Source of the DNA: Octopus bimaculoides
Lineage: Eukaryota
Length of the DNA stretch: 64,000 nt
Direction of reading: 5' to 3'
Assembly: GCF_001194135.2 (NCBI RefSeq)
Contig: NC_068995.1
Span: forward strand, 2,137,661-2,201,660
Under the pieces are notes generated by a model. That model made no database searches. It was given only the letters and a program-made list of their open reading frames with translations, and was not told where the DNA came from. Position 1 is the stretch's first letter. Each line of letters opens with the position of its first letter. Positions 38,547-51,936 of this stretch are shown piece after piece. Position numbers and translations under genes: made by a program.

Positions 38547-40699
38547 GTGTGTATGTGTCTGTGTGTGTATATACATGCCTATATATATATATTTACACAT
38601 ACATATATATATACATACATTCATACGGGGTATGGATGTGAGGCTGCGAGGGTTAGTGACCATAACATAACGAGGACCTCCCACGCTGCTGGTATTGCAG
38701 TGACCGAGGGTGTCCAATCTGAGTGTGATGAGGCCAATGCCTGCGGGGAAAACGTAGGTGGGGGGGGGAGGAAACTGGGGCAGGGGNNNNNNNNNNCCCT
38801 CCCAATTTCTACCCCCACTTCCTTTCCCGTTTTTGTTTCTATTTCATTTCTGTTAGTTAATACCATGCAACATTAGTATCACCATGCTACTTTTTCTATT
38901 TTATCTTCACCGAAATAATCTATTGTTAATCTTCTTAAATCCAATTGTCAACTATTGAATAAGCTCTGCCATAGCTGCAGTGTAAATCTACTTTACTGGA
39001 TTTAACAAGCTTCTCTAGATGTGGATTAAACGTTGTACAACAGAAATCTGCTTAGTTTGTGGTCAGTCGGTATACCAGCTGTTTGGGATTAACTGTTAAC
39101 AACTGTTTGTTGCTATTATTGCTTATATTTCAGCTTTACTGTACTCAATGGGTACTCCATTGTACTCTTATTGTACTCAACAGCATTTAATGTACTCTAC
39201 TTTCACACAGTGTCACTGTACGCTGCTGTACTTTACTGTGCAATGTCATATTGGTACTCTACTCTTGTGCATGTCACTGTATTATAACTTCGTTGTACAA
39301 TATACCCTTTTTCGGTACTCTGCAGTTAATGTATCTACTACACTACACTCTTACCATACAGTCTGTACTCTATTCTTGCCGTACTCTACTATGTATTAGT
39401 TAATGTGATCCTAGATAATCAGCTATTAACCATGGCTCCCAGGACAATATGTGACCCTCAAGCATCCTCTCAGTGGCCCTTAGTGACCTTCCCTAATTGC
39501 CTTGTGTTTCCCTGGTTTTGGTACAGCCCCCCCCCCCCCAAATCCAGGTTTTGGATCTGACCCAGATATTAAAAAGATTGAGAACCACTGTCCCAGATAC
39601 AGTGCATCAAAGAAAATAGGACAGGATGGTCATGGCTGAAATGCCTTTTGTTGATCATAGGTCTGCTTGATCATCATTAACTTGAGATAATAACAACAAC
39701 AACAACAACACTAGACCACAAGGAATTTTGTTCCATGCTCCAGTAATTCTGACCATCTTTAACCTCAAGTTAGAGTAAAGATGTTCTTGGAGGACATGGT
39801 GAGATGAGAAGTGGAAATGTTGTTGGTTGGGGAATTGAGATGAAGGCAGTTAGGGGAAGATGAACAAGGATTTGTAGATCTAACCAACCCCTGTCATCTT
39901 GTAAAAATATCTGATGGTGGTGATGGTGGAAGTGACGATGGCGACAACAATGATGATGATATTGATGATGTTCATAATGATGATGGCGATGACTGGAGTT
40001 GTGGTGGTGATGAAGATCATGGTGGCAGTAATGATTCCGATAGTTATAATGGTAGAGGTGGTGAAAATGACGATGGCAATCATGATGATGATATTAATGC
40101 TAGTGGTGGTGGTGGCGGTGGTGGTAGTGGCGGTGGTGGTGGTGGTGGTGGTGGAAGTGATAATGATTTTTTTTGTTTTTTGTCAAGCATTATATTTCCC
40201 GTGCTGTGTTTTGTCGGCTGTACATTGGCTGCTACAACATCACACAGTGTGGCTATCCAAGCAGCTATGGCATTGTTGAAATACAATTATATAACACGAA
40301 CAGGGGCACTGAAATAACACTCATTGTCTACACTGTCTAACACCCCCGCACACACCACACACACGTGCATGAGTACATATATATACATCATTATGATGAA
40401 GATGATGCTGATGATGATGATCACCATCATCCTTTAATGTCTTTTTATCATGCTGTCATGGGTTGGATTACTAGCATGGGTTATATATATATATATATAT
40501 ATATNNNNNNNNNNNNNNNNNNNNNNNNNNNNNNNNNNNNNNNNNNNNNNNNNNNNNNNNNNNNNNNNNNNNNNNNNNNNNNNNNNNNNNNNNNNNNNNN
40601 NNNNNNNNNNNNNNNNNNNNNNNNNNNNNNNNNNNNNNNNNNNNNNNNNNNNNNNNNNNNNNNNNNNNNNNNNNNNNNNNNNNNNNNNNNNNNNNNNNN

Positions 40700-40732
<33 letters not shown>

Positions 40733-41049
40733 ATGTATATACATATATACAAATATATATATATATATATATATTAATATTGTTTGGGCGTGTGGATTAT
40801 ACCCACCTAGCAAGGCGCCTCAATTTAAGTACCAAATTCATCTGAATCTTATATATATATATATACATATTCATAAACATACATATATATACACATATAT
40901 ACATATATATATTCTGTTGTGTCCGGAGAGAGTCCTTTTCTTTTTGTGCCTTATAATTTAATACACTCACTGGTATAATTTCCACTTATTTCTTATTTTT
41001 ATTTTCCTAAAATTGTTATTGTGTCTTGCAACCTTTTCAATAGTCTTGA

Positions 41050-41619
41050 ACAATATTCAACATTATTCAACATTTCTGATTGTTATCTGCTTATATCTAA
41101 AGTGCTCTGATGGAGTATTTTCAGGACATTGACAGGATTGACTTTCACAAGATTTTTTTCAAGAAGAGCTATAATACCTTCTGGTCCCTTCAGCTGCATT
41201 TGTATCAAGAACACGTATTGATTTGGCTAGAATCCATTCTGATAATGTCACAAGAACATGAGAATATGCGAAACAATTTGTTTTTAATGGTGGAACTCAA
41301 AGTAGATAAAGCTTTGAATAATAGCTAAAAATTTGGGGTTTAAAAGCCCCTTTGGTAAAACCCAGATGTTATCTTTTATCTTTTCCTTGTTTTAGTCATT
41401 AGACTGCGGCCATGCTGGGGCATATCAAACAGTTTTACAGAAGATGTGGATTAAAGTCTCACAAGCAACTTTTACTGTCCACAGAGGTTTTTTAATCCAA
41501 TATTCTACATGCTATTAATTATAGCCTTATCTATTTCAACTTCCACGTTTAAAAACAAATTATTTTGCTAAAATTATTTGCCTCAAACTATGATGAGAAG
41601 TTGCTGTATCATAGTATAA

Positions 41620-41666
<47 letters not shown>

Positions 41667-42270
41667 CCATCTGGCCGTTCAATTTGTTGCTATTTGCCTG
41701 GCTGAGGAAAAGAGGCACTCATGTTGCGGTTTGAGTAGATGACAAAGACATCTCTGGGAAAGGGTCATTCACATTCAAGACAACATGACCCTGAAGCAGA
41801 CTAAATTTTCATTTGAAGAGTAGAGACTCACATGCTAAGTGAGACTCACATGCTAAGTGGAAGAACGCCTTTAGATTTGACTTTATCTGCTTAGTAGCCG
41901 ATAATTCTTTCCTTGATTGTTCTTCTTCATAGAAGCGTATCAGTGCAGCATCAATGAGTTTTATATTAATATTCTTCATTCCAATTTGGTTCTTGTGTAA
42001 ACAGAACCATTGGAGTCTTTAGAAATGTCCGAATATATTTCCTCGTGATGATTCGTCTGTCCCTAGGATTTGTATTTTGATATTATTCCAATGTGTGAGA
42101 GGAGCATCATGTGACTTTAAAATTTTTCAATATTTCTTTGTAAAGAAATTTTAGTTTTGTTCTCCAGGATGATTTCTCCAAAAATATCAGACAGACCAAT
42201 CTACCGATTCACTGCAGACGGAACTTTGTTGATTGGCACCCAATTAGTTCTGAGGAGGTCTGTTCATGAG
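41050..42270 (-). mobile_element. Decayed CR1/L2-like LINE ORF2 fragments (41050-41330 and ~41690-42270) interrupted by other repeats
   Basis: Minus translations ...KQIKSNLKAFFHLA (IKxNPKAFF motif) and TNAAEGPEGIIALLEKNLV (xAxGPDG pre-RT motif); many stops and frameshifts. Confidence 0.55.
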
Positions 42271-42630
42271 ATTAGGAACATACATACATACATGCCAGCA
42301 TGCATGCATACATACGTACGCACATATGTACATACACACATACATACATACATGCATACATACATACATACATACATACATACATGTATATGTATATATC
42401 ATCATTTATCATCCATGTTCAGAGAGTGGGATTGGAGTTGTGCAAATCCTTTCCCCCCACTATTAAAAAAAAAATCATCACACACAGGCATCGCTTGGAA
42501 AAAAAAAAAGTAAGACCTATCACAAGAATGGCTGGTCTTAGCCTCTTTCGCATGTGTGGCACTTTCGATCTGGCGATCGTAATACTCAAACATGAGTTTG
42601 CAGCCATCATATATATATATATATATATAT

Positions 42631-42926
42631 GGGAGAATATACAAAAAATAACAACAGACGAGGACAGGTGGTGTAAATAACAAAAGTATATATTAGTATG
42701 ACGCTCAGGAATACGGAAAGTCTTTGACGTTTCGAGCTACGCTCTTCAACAGAAAGAATACGGAGACAAGGAGAAAAACACGGAGAAAAAAAATTGAATA
42801 GTGTTCAGTCAACGGTCAATCAAAAGTGGGAAGAAACCTCATGTCCCATAAATAGCTATGGGACAAATTTCTCCTCTTAGAAAACATGTCTGTACATACA
42901 TCAAGGTTGTTTATGAGGAGAAATTT
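42631..42926 (-). mobile_element. Penelope-like pLTR fragment flanked by (TA)n
   Basis: Contains GACGTTTCGAGC..GCTCTTCAACAG, the reverse complement of the CTGxxGA..GAAACGTC motif typical of Penelope-like element LTR hammerheads; (TA)n on both sides. Confidence 0.55.
42721..42757 (-). ncRNA. Minimal type I hammerhead-like motif with variant core CUGUUGA
   Basis: Minus strand UCUUU-CUGUUGA-A GAGC GUA GCUC-GAAA-CG-UC/AAAGA. Stem I 5 bp, stem II 4 bp, palindromic ACGU stem III, GUC triplet; A6 position is U. Confidence 0.65.
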
Positions 42927-43010
42927 ATATATATNNNNNNNNNNNNNNNNNNNNNNNNNNNNNNNNNNNNNNNNNNNNATGTGTATGTATATATATATAA
43001 TACACACAGT

Positions 43011-43240
43011 GGCGAGCTGGCAGAAACGTTAGCACGCCGGGCAAAATGCTTAGCGGTATTTCGTCTGCCGCTACGTTCTGAGTTCAAATTCCGCCGAGGT
43101 CGACTTTGCCTTTCATCCTTTCGGGGTCGATTAAATAAGTACCAGTTACGAACTGGGGTCGATATAATTGACTTAATCCGTTTGTCTGTCCTTGTTTGTC
43201 CCCTCTGTGTTTAGCCCTTTGTGGGTAGTAAAGAAATAAC
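43011..43240 (+). mobile_element. tRNA-derived SINE, second family (Meta/Sauria-like central domain as recalled)
   Basis: GGCGAGCTGGCAGAAACGTTAGC (A box)...GAGTTCAAATTCC (B box)...GACTTTGCCTTTCATCCTTTCGGGGTCGATTAAATAAGTACCAG. Confidence 0.85.
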
Positions 43241-43775
43241 ACACACACACATTTACACCCATATATACACACATACATATACATAGTTTATACACCCCTC
43301 CTGCTCCTCTACATGAGCTCCTCACTCCATTACATATGTCCTCCACTGCAGTATATTCCAATCAATCTAACACACACTTGCCATCTCCCTACACAATTCA
43401 AATCTCCATACACTCCCTCCATCAATACATATTCCTTAATAGCAATGTGTATATACGCTCTCCCCCTGGTATCTGTATAATGTTCACAGAAATATGTGCA
43501 CTACCAATCGATATTATCAATATATTTGAACATCACTATATAATATGTACTCTCCACAATGATATACATATATATATATACACATCAGTATATATTCCTT
43601 GATAGCAGTATAAGCTTCCTTTGTGCTTTATATGTAATGTTCATAGCTGTAAGCACACTTTACATTTATATATCAATATATCTAAACATTGTTAAATAAT
43701 ATATATTATCCACTTATAATGTGTGTGTGTGAGTATGTGTGTGTGTGAGTGCATGTCTATATACATATATATATA

Positions 43776-43851
<76 letters not shown>

Positions 43852-43878
43852 TATATATATATATAAACGATGATGATG

Positions 43879-43911
<33 letters not shown>

Positions 43912-44493
43912 TATATATAAATATATAAATAAATATGTGTGTGTTTAAAGAAATAACTAAATATATGCTAGCATGGAAGGCGGATGTTAAACAATGATGA
44001 TGATGATGCATATATATATATCTGTACAAAAGCATAAAAGTGTATATTACACTATTCTACAAGTGTGTAGAGTGTGTTATGAATATCCTCATAGGATATG
44101 CGTACATTTTTCAATTTTTTAAAAGTATGTATACATATATATATATTATGAGTTAGAGGTTATGCAACCATCTAAGGGATAAATGTATCCGTAGCCACTA
44201 CTGGTGTACTCCCTCACTATGTATAGGCGTTGCTATAAGGTTAACAGTAGTTGGTAATTTAAATGGTAAACCGTGGTTTGATATATTCAGATGAGAAAAG
44301 AAATGGAGCAACAATTAACAATTAGAAGTTGATCATTGGTATTAAATGATACATACATAAAATTAAGCTATGACCATTTAATACCAATAATCCACTTCTA
44401 ATTGTGAATTATGGCTCCATTTCTTTTCTTATTTGTATGTATATATATATATATGTATATATATATCTATTATCATCATTTAACGTCCATTGT

Positions 44494-44966
44494 TCATTTC
44501 GATGACTGGCATCCGTGTAGTGGTGCACTCAGAGCACCATCCGAGCGTGATTGTTGCCAGAGCAGCTGACTGGCTTCCATGCCGGTGGCACGTAAAAAGC
44601 ACCATTCAAGTGTGATCGTTACCAGTATCGCCTTACTGGCACTTGTGCCGGTGGAACGTGAAAAAACATTCAAGTGAGGTTGTTGACAGTGCCGCTGGAC
44701 TGGCTCCTGTGCAGGTGGCACGTAAAAATCACCATTTGAGCATGGCCATTGCCAGTACTGCTTGACTGGCCCTCATTCCAGTGGCACATAAAATCACCCA
44801 CTACACTCTTGGAGGGGTTGGTGTTAGGAAGGGCATCCAGCTGTAGAAACTCTGCCAGATCAGATTGGAGCCTGGTGCAGCCATCTGGTTCGCCAGTCTT
44901 CAGTCAAATCGTCCAACCCATGCTAGCATGGAAAGCAGACATTAAACGACGACGATGATGATGATG
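44494..44966 (+). mobile_element. RTE-type 3' UTR/tail element with ~60-65 bp internal tandem subrepeats
   Basis: About four units of GTGGCACGTAAAAxCACCATT..CAGT..CTGGC, then CACTACACTC...AGGAAGGGCATCCAGCTGTAGAAAC...CCAACCCATGCTAGCATGGAAAGCAGACATTAAAC(GAC/GAT)n; same tail as 33969-34590. Confidence 0.8.
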
Positions 44967-44984
44967 ATATATATATATATGTGT

Positions 44985-45024
<40 letters not shown>

Positions 45025-45036
45025 CTATGTATGTAT

Positions 45037-45117
<81 letters not shown>

Positions 45118-45626
45118 TATATATATAGATATTCATATATAGGAAAATTTGTTTTGGGGTTTGAAAATGTTTGATTTTATTGGAGTTATCACCCTTGTTG
45201 CTTGCATTTAGAATTCCAACTTCCCTTGTGGGAGGTTTCATATAATGATTGCATGGATAATTTGTTTGATAAATCTTTTTAAAATCACTGTATTAGATAT
45301 GTGAGACCCTACCCTATACTTATAATAATATGTTTATAGGAATACATTTGTGTGTGTGTGTATGAGCGTGTGTGTGTGTGTGTGTGTGTAATACACTTCT
45401 TCGGCTGTACAAGTACAGTTAGTATTGCTTCAATAGTCAAACAGTGTCTGCTGTCATCTGAGAGGTAGTGCAACTAATGTCAGCGATATGCAGCGAGCAC
45501 TGCACTAGCAACACCACCCACTGCTTCCGTTAACTGCTACATCCCTCCTCCTCTTCCTCCTCCTCCTGTTCCACCTCCCACCACCACCACCTGCTTCATC
45601 TGCTGCTGTTGCCGCCACCGTCTTCA

Positions 45627-45675
<49 letters not shown>

Positions 45676-46876
45676 GCATTATCTCGGTCAGCACAATATT
45701 GCAAGATTTTTACACACGCACGCATGCATGTGCACACAACTCTATAGTGTTGTTGGTGTTGTTGTTGCATTGGTAGTGTTACAGTACCGTTACAGTGGTG
45801 TTGCAGTGTGTTGGTAGTGTTGCAGTAGATGTTATAGTAGTAGTGGTTATGGTTGCCATAATATTTAATTGCTGTGGTGATGAACATGGTTTGGGTGATA
45901 GTATTTGTGGTTGTAGTTTTATCTGCAGTTTAACCCCAAGTCATCCTTGATGGAGCAAACCTACAGTCAAAAGCGGTCCAGCCATGACCATCCGCCTTTT
46001 TTGGGTTTTTTTATTGTTTCTTCTTTTTTTTTGCATATATAGGGTGATGACCTTTCTTTTGTTAAAACAATTGTGTAGGATTTAATGGAAATTTGACTGC
46101 TGTTTCTAGCAAATTTCTAGCATGATCAAAAAGAAATGTCCTCTGGCTCACTGGTCTGTGTGTGGCAGCAATGGTGGGGATTGTGGTAGTGGTGGTGGAA
46201 TTGGTAACATTAATGTTAATATTAAAATTGGTAATTGTGATGGTGTTGGTGGTGGTGGTGGCAATTTGGTTGGTGCTTGATGATGATGATAATAATGATG
46301 GTGGTGGTGGTGTTGATCATGATTGCTATAATGATGATAGTGACAGTGGTGGTAGTGACAAGGGTTGGTGATTGCAATTTGGTTTGTGGATGGTGATGAT
46401 GAGGAGGAGAAGGACGACGAGGATGAGGAGGATGAAGAGAAGGATGACAATGATGACAACGACGACGATGATGTTGATGGCAGGGTGGTAGAGGGTGTTG
46501 ATGACGGCAGTGGTGACAACAGTAACAGATGTGGCGTTAACTGTGATGATGAGGATGATGATGATGACGATGATGCTTGTAGTAGTGTTGGTCACAGAGG
46601 TGAATGCAATAGTGTAGGTAGTAGCAGCAGTGGTGATGACGTTTCTAGAGAAATAGCAGTGCTGGTAGTGGTGGTGGTGGTGGTGATGGTAGCTGTAATA
46701 GAAGTAGTCCTACGGTAAAGTACACCCTGTTTCAGCTGTTCTTCTGCTCTTAAAGTCATGGTCGTACAATCTTCTTAAAACAAAGCTCACTATCTTCTAC
46801 TAGTTGCTTAGTTGCTATGGTTATGCTGCAAAAAATTTCTACTACCTACATACATATATATGTATTATGCATGCGC

Positions 46877-46926
<50 letters not shown>

Positions 46927-46974
46927 GTGTGTGTATTCTTATCTTTTACGTGACTGCTGCCTTGAGTTTAGTTG

Positions 46975-47355
46975 AACAAATTGGCCCCAGTTTTTATTCC
47001 TTTTTTTAAATCTGGCACTTATTCAATTGGTCCATTTTTGTTGAACTGCAAAGTTACAGGAATGCAAACAAGCACAGACACAAAAACACATACACATATA
47101 TATATATATACACACACATATACATATGCATACATACATATATGCATACATACAGACAAACATATTTATAGAGATAGAGAGACAAAGAGGAAAAGAGAGA
47201 GAGAGAGAGACAAACAAACAGACAGTCAGTCAGATAAATAAACAGATAGATACATGGAGATGTCAATATCTACACAGTAGGCTTCCACACAGTTTCCATC
47301 TACCAAATTCACTGACAAGGTGTTAGTCAGCTCAGGGCTATAGTAGAAGACCATC
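46975..47355 (-). mobile_element. Degraded OR/OK-like SINE with expanded internal microsatellite
   Basis: TTTTTGTTGAACTGCAAAGTTACAGG...(CA/TA/GA)n...AGGCTTCCACACAGTTTCCATCTACCAAATTCAC. Further partial copies of the family at ~26455-26550, ~31025-31125 and ~51300-51390. Confidence 0.55.
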
Positions 47356-48136
47356 CAATCCTTACCGGCATGGAAGGCAGATGTTAAACAATGATGATGA
47401 TGATATATAGTCATCATCATCATCATCATTTAAAATCCCTATCTCTGTTCCCTAATGGCATGGGTTGGATGGTGTGGCAAGACCCAATGTATCCAATCAC
47501 TGCGTTGTGTTCCATTTGTCTGTTTTACTATGGTCTCTATGGCTGGATGCCCTTCCTAACACCAACCACTTTACAACATGTTCTGGGAACTTTTTTGTTT
47601 GTGCCACCAACACTAGTGAGTTTGGCATGCAGCTTGCAAAACTACGAACTGCAAAGGAGGTAACCTCATGCTAGGAGATGAGGGGTTAAAGTATTAGAGA
47701 AAGGGCTAGAACAGAACAGGTCTCTTTCTGTAGTGGGGCCACATGGCTAATTCATATTTGAGAAGAGAGGTGGAGAAAAGAAGCGATAAAACATAGCAGA
47801 GATGAGGCATCTGTGTGGACCCTAGAGGTAGGAGGTGAAAAGAATTGAATGACAGCAGAAGAAGTGGGAGTGTGTGTGTGGGTAGAGGATGCAAAAGATT
47901 GTGAGAGAGGGAGACATAGGGAATGAGCAAGGGGATGAATATAGTGACTGAAGAACAAATGCTGTGTAGATAAGTAGGGAAGGTAGGGGAGAGTAGGTGA
48001 CAACTGTAGAGATTGGATAGAGTTGAAGGGTGTATGTAGATAGTGATGGGTAGGGGGAAACCAATGATGAGGGGTGAGGGGGGAAGAACAGCAGAACTGT
48101 AATACATAGAGTATATTACGGTATATATACATATAT

Positions 48137-48173
<37 letters not shown>

Positions 48174-48318
48174 NNNNNNNNNNNNNNNNNNNNNNNNNNN
48201 NNNNNNNNNNNNNNNNNNNNNNNNNNNNNNNNNNNNNNNNNNNNNNNNNNNNNNNNNNNNNNNNNNNNNNNNNNNNNNNNNNNNNNNNNNNNNNNNNNNN
48301 NNNNNNNNNNNNNATATA

Positions 48319-48361
<43 letters not shown>

Positions 48362-48767
48362 GTGTGTGTATATATATATCATATATATATATATATATAT
48401 GCATATATGTATGTATATATATATAATTATAGATGCATACATGATGATGAATGTGTGAATGTATATAAATCAGTAATTATTTTCTAATGAGGGTTAATTA
48501 AAATCAATTTTTGTATCATTTGGGAATAATAATAGCAGTAGAAACATGAGACTAACTGCAACAACTGCCTCCATTTTGCATAATAGTAATAAAAATAATC
48601 ATCACCATCACCACCACCATCACTGCCAACACCATCACCATTACGATCATGATTAGTTTGGCAGCATTAATAGCACATCAGAGAAAATACTTTGCTGTAT
48701 TTAGTTGCCCTTATATGCTTTCTGATTTCAAATTCCACCATGGTCAACTCTGCCTTTTTCTCCTTCT

Positions 48768-49205
48768 GTGTGTATTGGCATATCTCATAGAATGGTTGCT
48801 TTCTCATTTTCTGTGACCTTTTCTGGTGTGTGCCTATACCACCTTTTTTCTTTTGTTATTCCACAGTGTTGGCATAGCTTTCAATGTATGTAGGTCCCAG
48901 CTCTGTCGTGTCTGTGAATATATTGCTTCTTAGCCAGAATTGGGCAACCAGAGACAATAAGATTTATTGTTTCTTGACCATCTCCACATATTCTGCAGTT
49001 ACTTATTGTATTTTTTTTTCCATTACATATTTTTGGTCATTTCTGGTGAGAAGGCTCTGGTCTTGTGCTGCAATTAAAAATCTTTCAGTCTCTGCTATGA
49101 GTCCTGAGCTTCTCAACCATTGCTGGGATTTTGCTTTGTCCATTTCTTTTTTGTTTAACCCAGTATTTGCTGTGAAAGGGCTTTTCTGGCCATCTTGCGA
49201 TATAA
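48768..49205 (-). mobile_element. Second R4/Dong-clade fragment
   Basis: Minus translation DKAKSQQWLRSSGLIAETERFLIAAQDQSLLTRN...CRICGDGQETINLIVSGCPILAKKQYIHRHDRAGTYIH...RWYRHTPEKVTENEKAT; clearly homologous to 4338-4700. Confidence 0.85.
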
Positions 49206-49360
49206 ACGACTAACCCCCTACCCCAAATTTCAGGCTTTGTGCCTATAGTAGAAAGGGTTATTATTATTAGTAGCAGCAACAGCAACAGTAGTGGTGGTAC
49301 TTGTAGTAGTAGTAGTAGTGTTTTGTATGAGCCGATTTGGTAGAGAAGGTACTTTGCGAT

Positions 49361-49756
49361 AGAGTGGAACCTCAGTTTACATTTACCTCTCATCACAAAC
49401 AAATTGGTGGACAAAGAATTTTTAAACATAAACCATCTTTGGTGGACAAACAACGTCTCAAGTAGCAAACATGCAAGCCAGCAGCAAAGGTTGGTGACAA
49501 GCTGGGAATATAAACGGCAGAGCATCAGTTGCTGTCTAGCTTTAGTCCAGTGCACATCTCTGCCCGAATTCTCCATGCCTTCTCTTGAATTTCATAAAGG
49601 AAAAATACGAGGGTGAGTCAAAAAGTAATGCCATTTTGTTTAGGACTTTATTTATAATTACCAACACAGGAACATGTATCATACATGTTTGACTCACTTC
49701 AGGCGATGAATGGTCTTCAAGAATGAGTTCAGTTTGTAAACCAAGGTTCCACTGCA
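49361..49756. mobile_element. pogo/Tigger-like MITE (~395 bp)
   Basis: Terminal inverted repeats TAGAGTGGAACCTCAGTTTACA (49360-49381) and TGTAAACCAAGGTTCCACTGCA (49735-49756), 18/22 match; CAGTGGAACCT-type pogo end with degenerate TA flanks. Confidence 0.65.
49606..49702. mobile_element. Mini mariner-like MITE nested in the pogo-like MITE
   Basis: Starts TACGAGGGTGAGTCAAAAAGTAATGCC (mariner-type TA-CGAGGG terminus); TTTGACTCAC at ~49688-49697 is the inverted partner. Confidence 0.5.
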
Positions 49757-51905
49757 TTTGTTTCTGCTCTTTACATTCTGAGTTCAAATCTCCCTGAGAT
49801 TGACTTTGCTTTTCATCCTTTCAGAGTGAATAAAGTAAATAGCAGTCAAGTACCCTGGAGGTGAGGGGATCAATTTCACACCCACCCCCTCAAAATTGCT
49901 GGCCTTGTGACTAAAGTAGCAACAATTACCGTATAATTATAAATTTCTAGCTTCTAACTGATTGTCTAAGATACTGGTTGTTATGGCAACCTGGAAAAAT
50001 ATTTCTGTCAGATATAAATAAATTGTGTGTGTGTGTATCAGCTTGTGTGTGTGTGTCTGTTAAGAATGTTATCATTCATGTGTTTGTGCTTAATCACAGT
50101 AACAACAACAACAACAACAACAATAGCCACAGAAATAAATTGCTGACTCAAAAAATTGGACCTGAAATAGCAAAGCAACAAAAACAACAAGAATATTAAT
50201 ATCAAGAGATAGAAGGAAAAGAAAAGGAAAAATAGCAGCAACCATTAGAAGAAGAAGAACAATTTAAAGAAAGTAGGTTTCTGTTTGAAGAAGAGTCGGT
50301 TATTATTTCTTGAAGAATGACTGACTCCATAGAAGCCTCATCATTTATCCACTAAATGTGAAAATGTTTAGTTAGATAATTAATGAGATGTGGGTATGGT
50401 GTCTGTTGAGTGACAGATCTGTGAATCCTCATCATCATCATTGTCATGATCATTTAAGGTCCCTTTTCCCATGCTGTCATGGGTTGGATCATTTAACAAG
50501 AACTGATGGATCACACAACTGTACCAGCCTCCAACGTCTGCTTGGCATCGTTTTTACAGTCGGACGCTGTCAAAAAAGCAGTGAAGTCAGCCAATACTTG
50601 CAAGACAAAATCCTTCACTAAACATGTCTGGAAAATTCTCCATAAGCATTTTCCCCATGAGGAAATTTGCTGTAGGAAATTTCACCATAATGGAAAAACA
50701 CAAACAGACTGTAAACGAGAGAACTCATTTGAAAGAAATTCCCTTTCTCTAATTGGTAAGGTCTTTTTGATGAAGTTGCCATTTTAAGAAAATAGCTGTA
50801 TATANNNNNNNNNNNNNNNNNNNNNNNNNNNNNNNNNNNNNNNNNNNNNNNNNNNNNNNNNNNNNNNNNNNNNNNNNNNNNNNNNNNNNNNNNNNNNNNN
50901 NNNNNNNNNNNNNNNNNNNNNNNNNNNNNNNNNNNNNNNNNNNNNNNNNNNNNNNNNNNNNNNNNNNNNNNNNNNNNNNNNNNNNNNNNNNNNNNNNNNN
51001 NNNNNNNNNNNNNNNNNNNNNNNNNNNNNNNNNNNNNNNNNNNNNNNNNNNNNNNNNNNNNNNNNNNNNNNNNNNNNNNNNNNNNNNNNNNNNNNNNNNN
51101 NNNNNNNNNNNNNNNNNNNNNNNNNNNNNNNNNNNNNNNNNNNNNNNNNNNNNNNNNNNNNNNNNNNNNNNNNNNNNNNNNNNNNNNNNNNNNNNNNNNN
51201 NNNNNNNNNNNNNNNNNNNNNNNNNNNNNNNNNNNNNNNNNNNNNNNNNNNNNNNNNNNNNNNNNNNNNNNNNNTATATATATATACATACATATTTATG
51301 ACAGGCTTCTTTCAGTTTCCGTCTACCAAATCCACTCACAAGGCTTTGGTCAGCCTGAGGCTATAGTAGAAAACACTTGCCCAAGTGGTGTATTAAAGGA
51401 CGTGAAAGCATGATAGAGGAGCAGGCCATGGATCCAACTGGACCTGGCGGGGTAGGGGGGGGCGACATAACAACAATAACGATAAAGAGAATCAAAGTGA
51501 ACAACAACAACAACAATTGTAGCAATTATGGAAAAAAAAAACCAAAAAAAAAAAGCAGCAATAACAACAGGGAATCAATGAAAGATATTCTATGTGGGTC
51601 TTTGACTGACTTGAAACAACAGCAAAATCTCCCTCAAACCAGGCTCTGCCATTTTGAAAAACAATATTACAGGGGATTATGATGTTTGGGAGAGACGAAA
51701 TATATAATAATTAATGATCAAAGGGCCTACTCATTCAGGACTGACCTGGGGTTAAACAACAACAACAGCTATAATAATTAGAAGAAGTGAATAATATAAA
51801 ACAAGTCATTAAAGAAAAACACATGACCAAAAAAACAAATCTGATTGGCTTTTCTTGAAAATAGCAATGAATTCTTGGCAGCTTATTTTATTATTATTAT
51901 TATTA

Positions 51906-51936
<31 letters not shown>

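Noticed and set aside
41823-41858. 18-bp tandem duplication GAGACTCACATGCTAAGT x2
   Set aside because: Two copies only, inside a LINE remnant; ordinary slippage.
42170-42259. Strong + acceptor followed by open frames (DDFSKNIRQ... / MISPKISDRP...)
   Set aside because: Lies within a minus-strand CR1-like remnant and has only a weak GTCTGT donor.
49600-49620. GAGG|GTGAGT donor-like site
   Set aside because: Part of the mariner-type terminal repeat.
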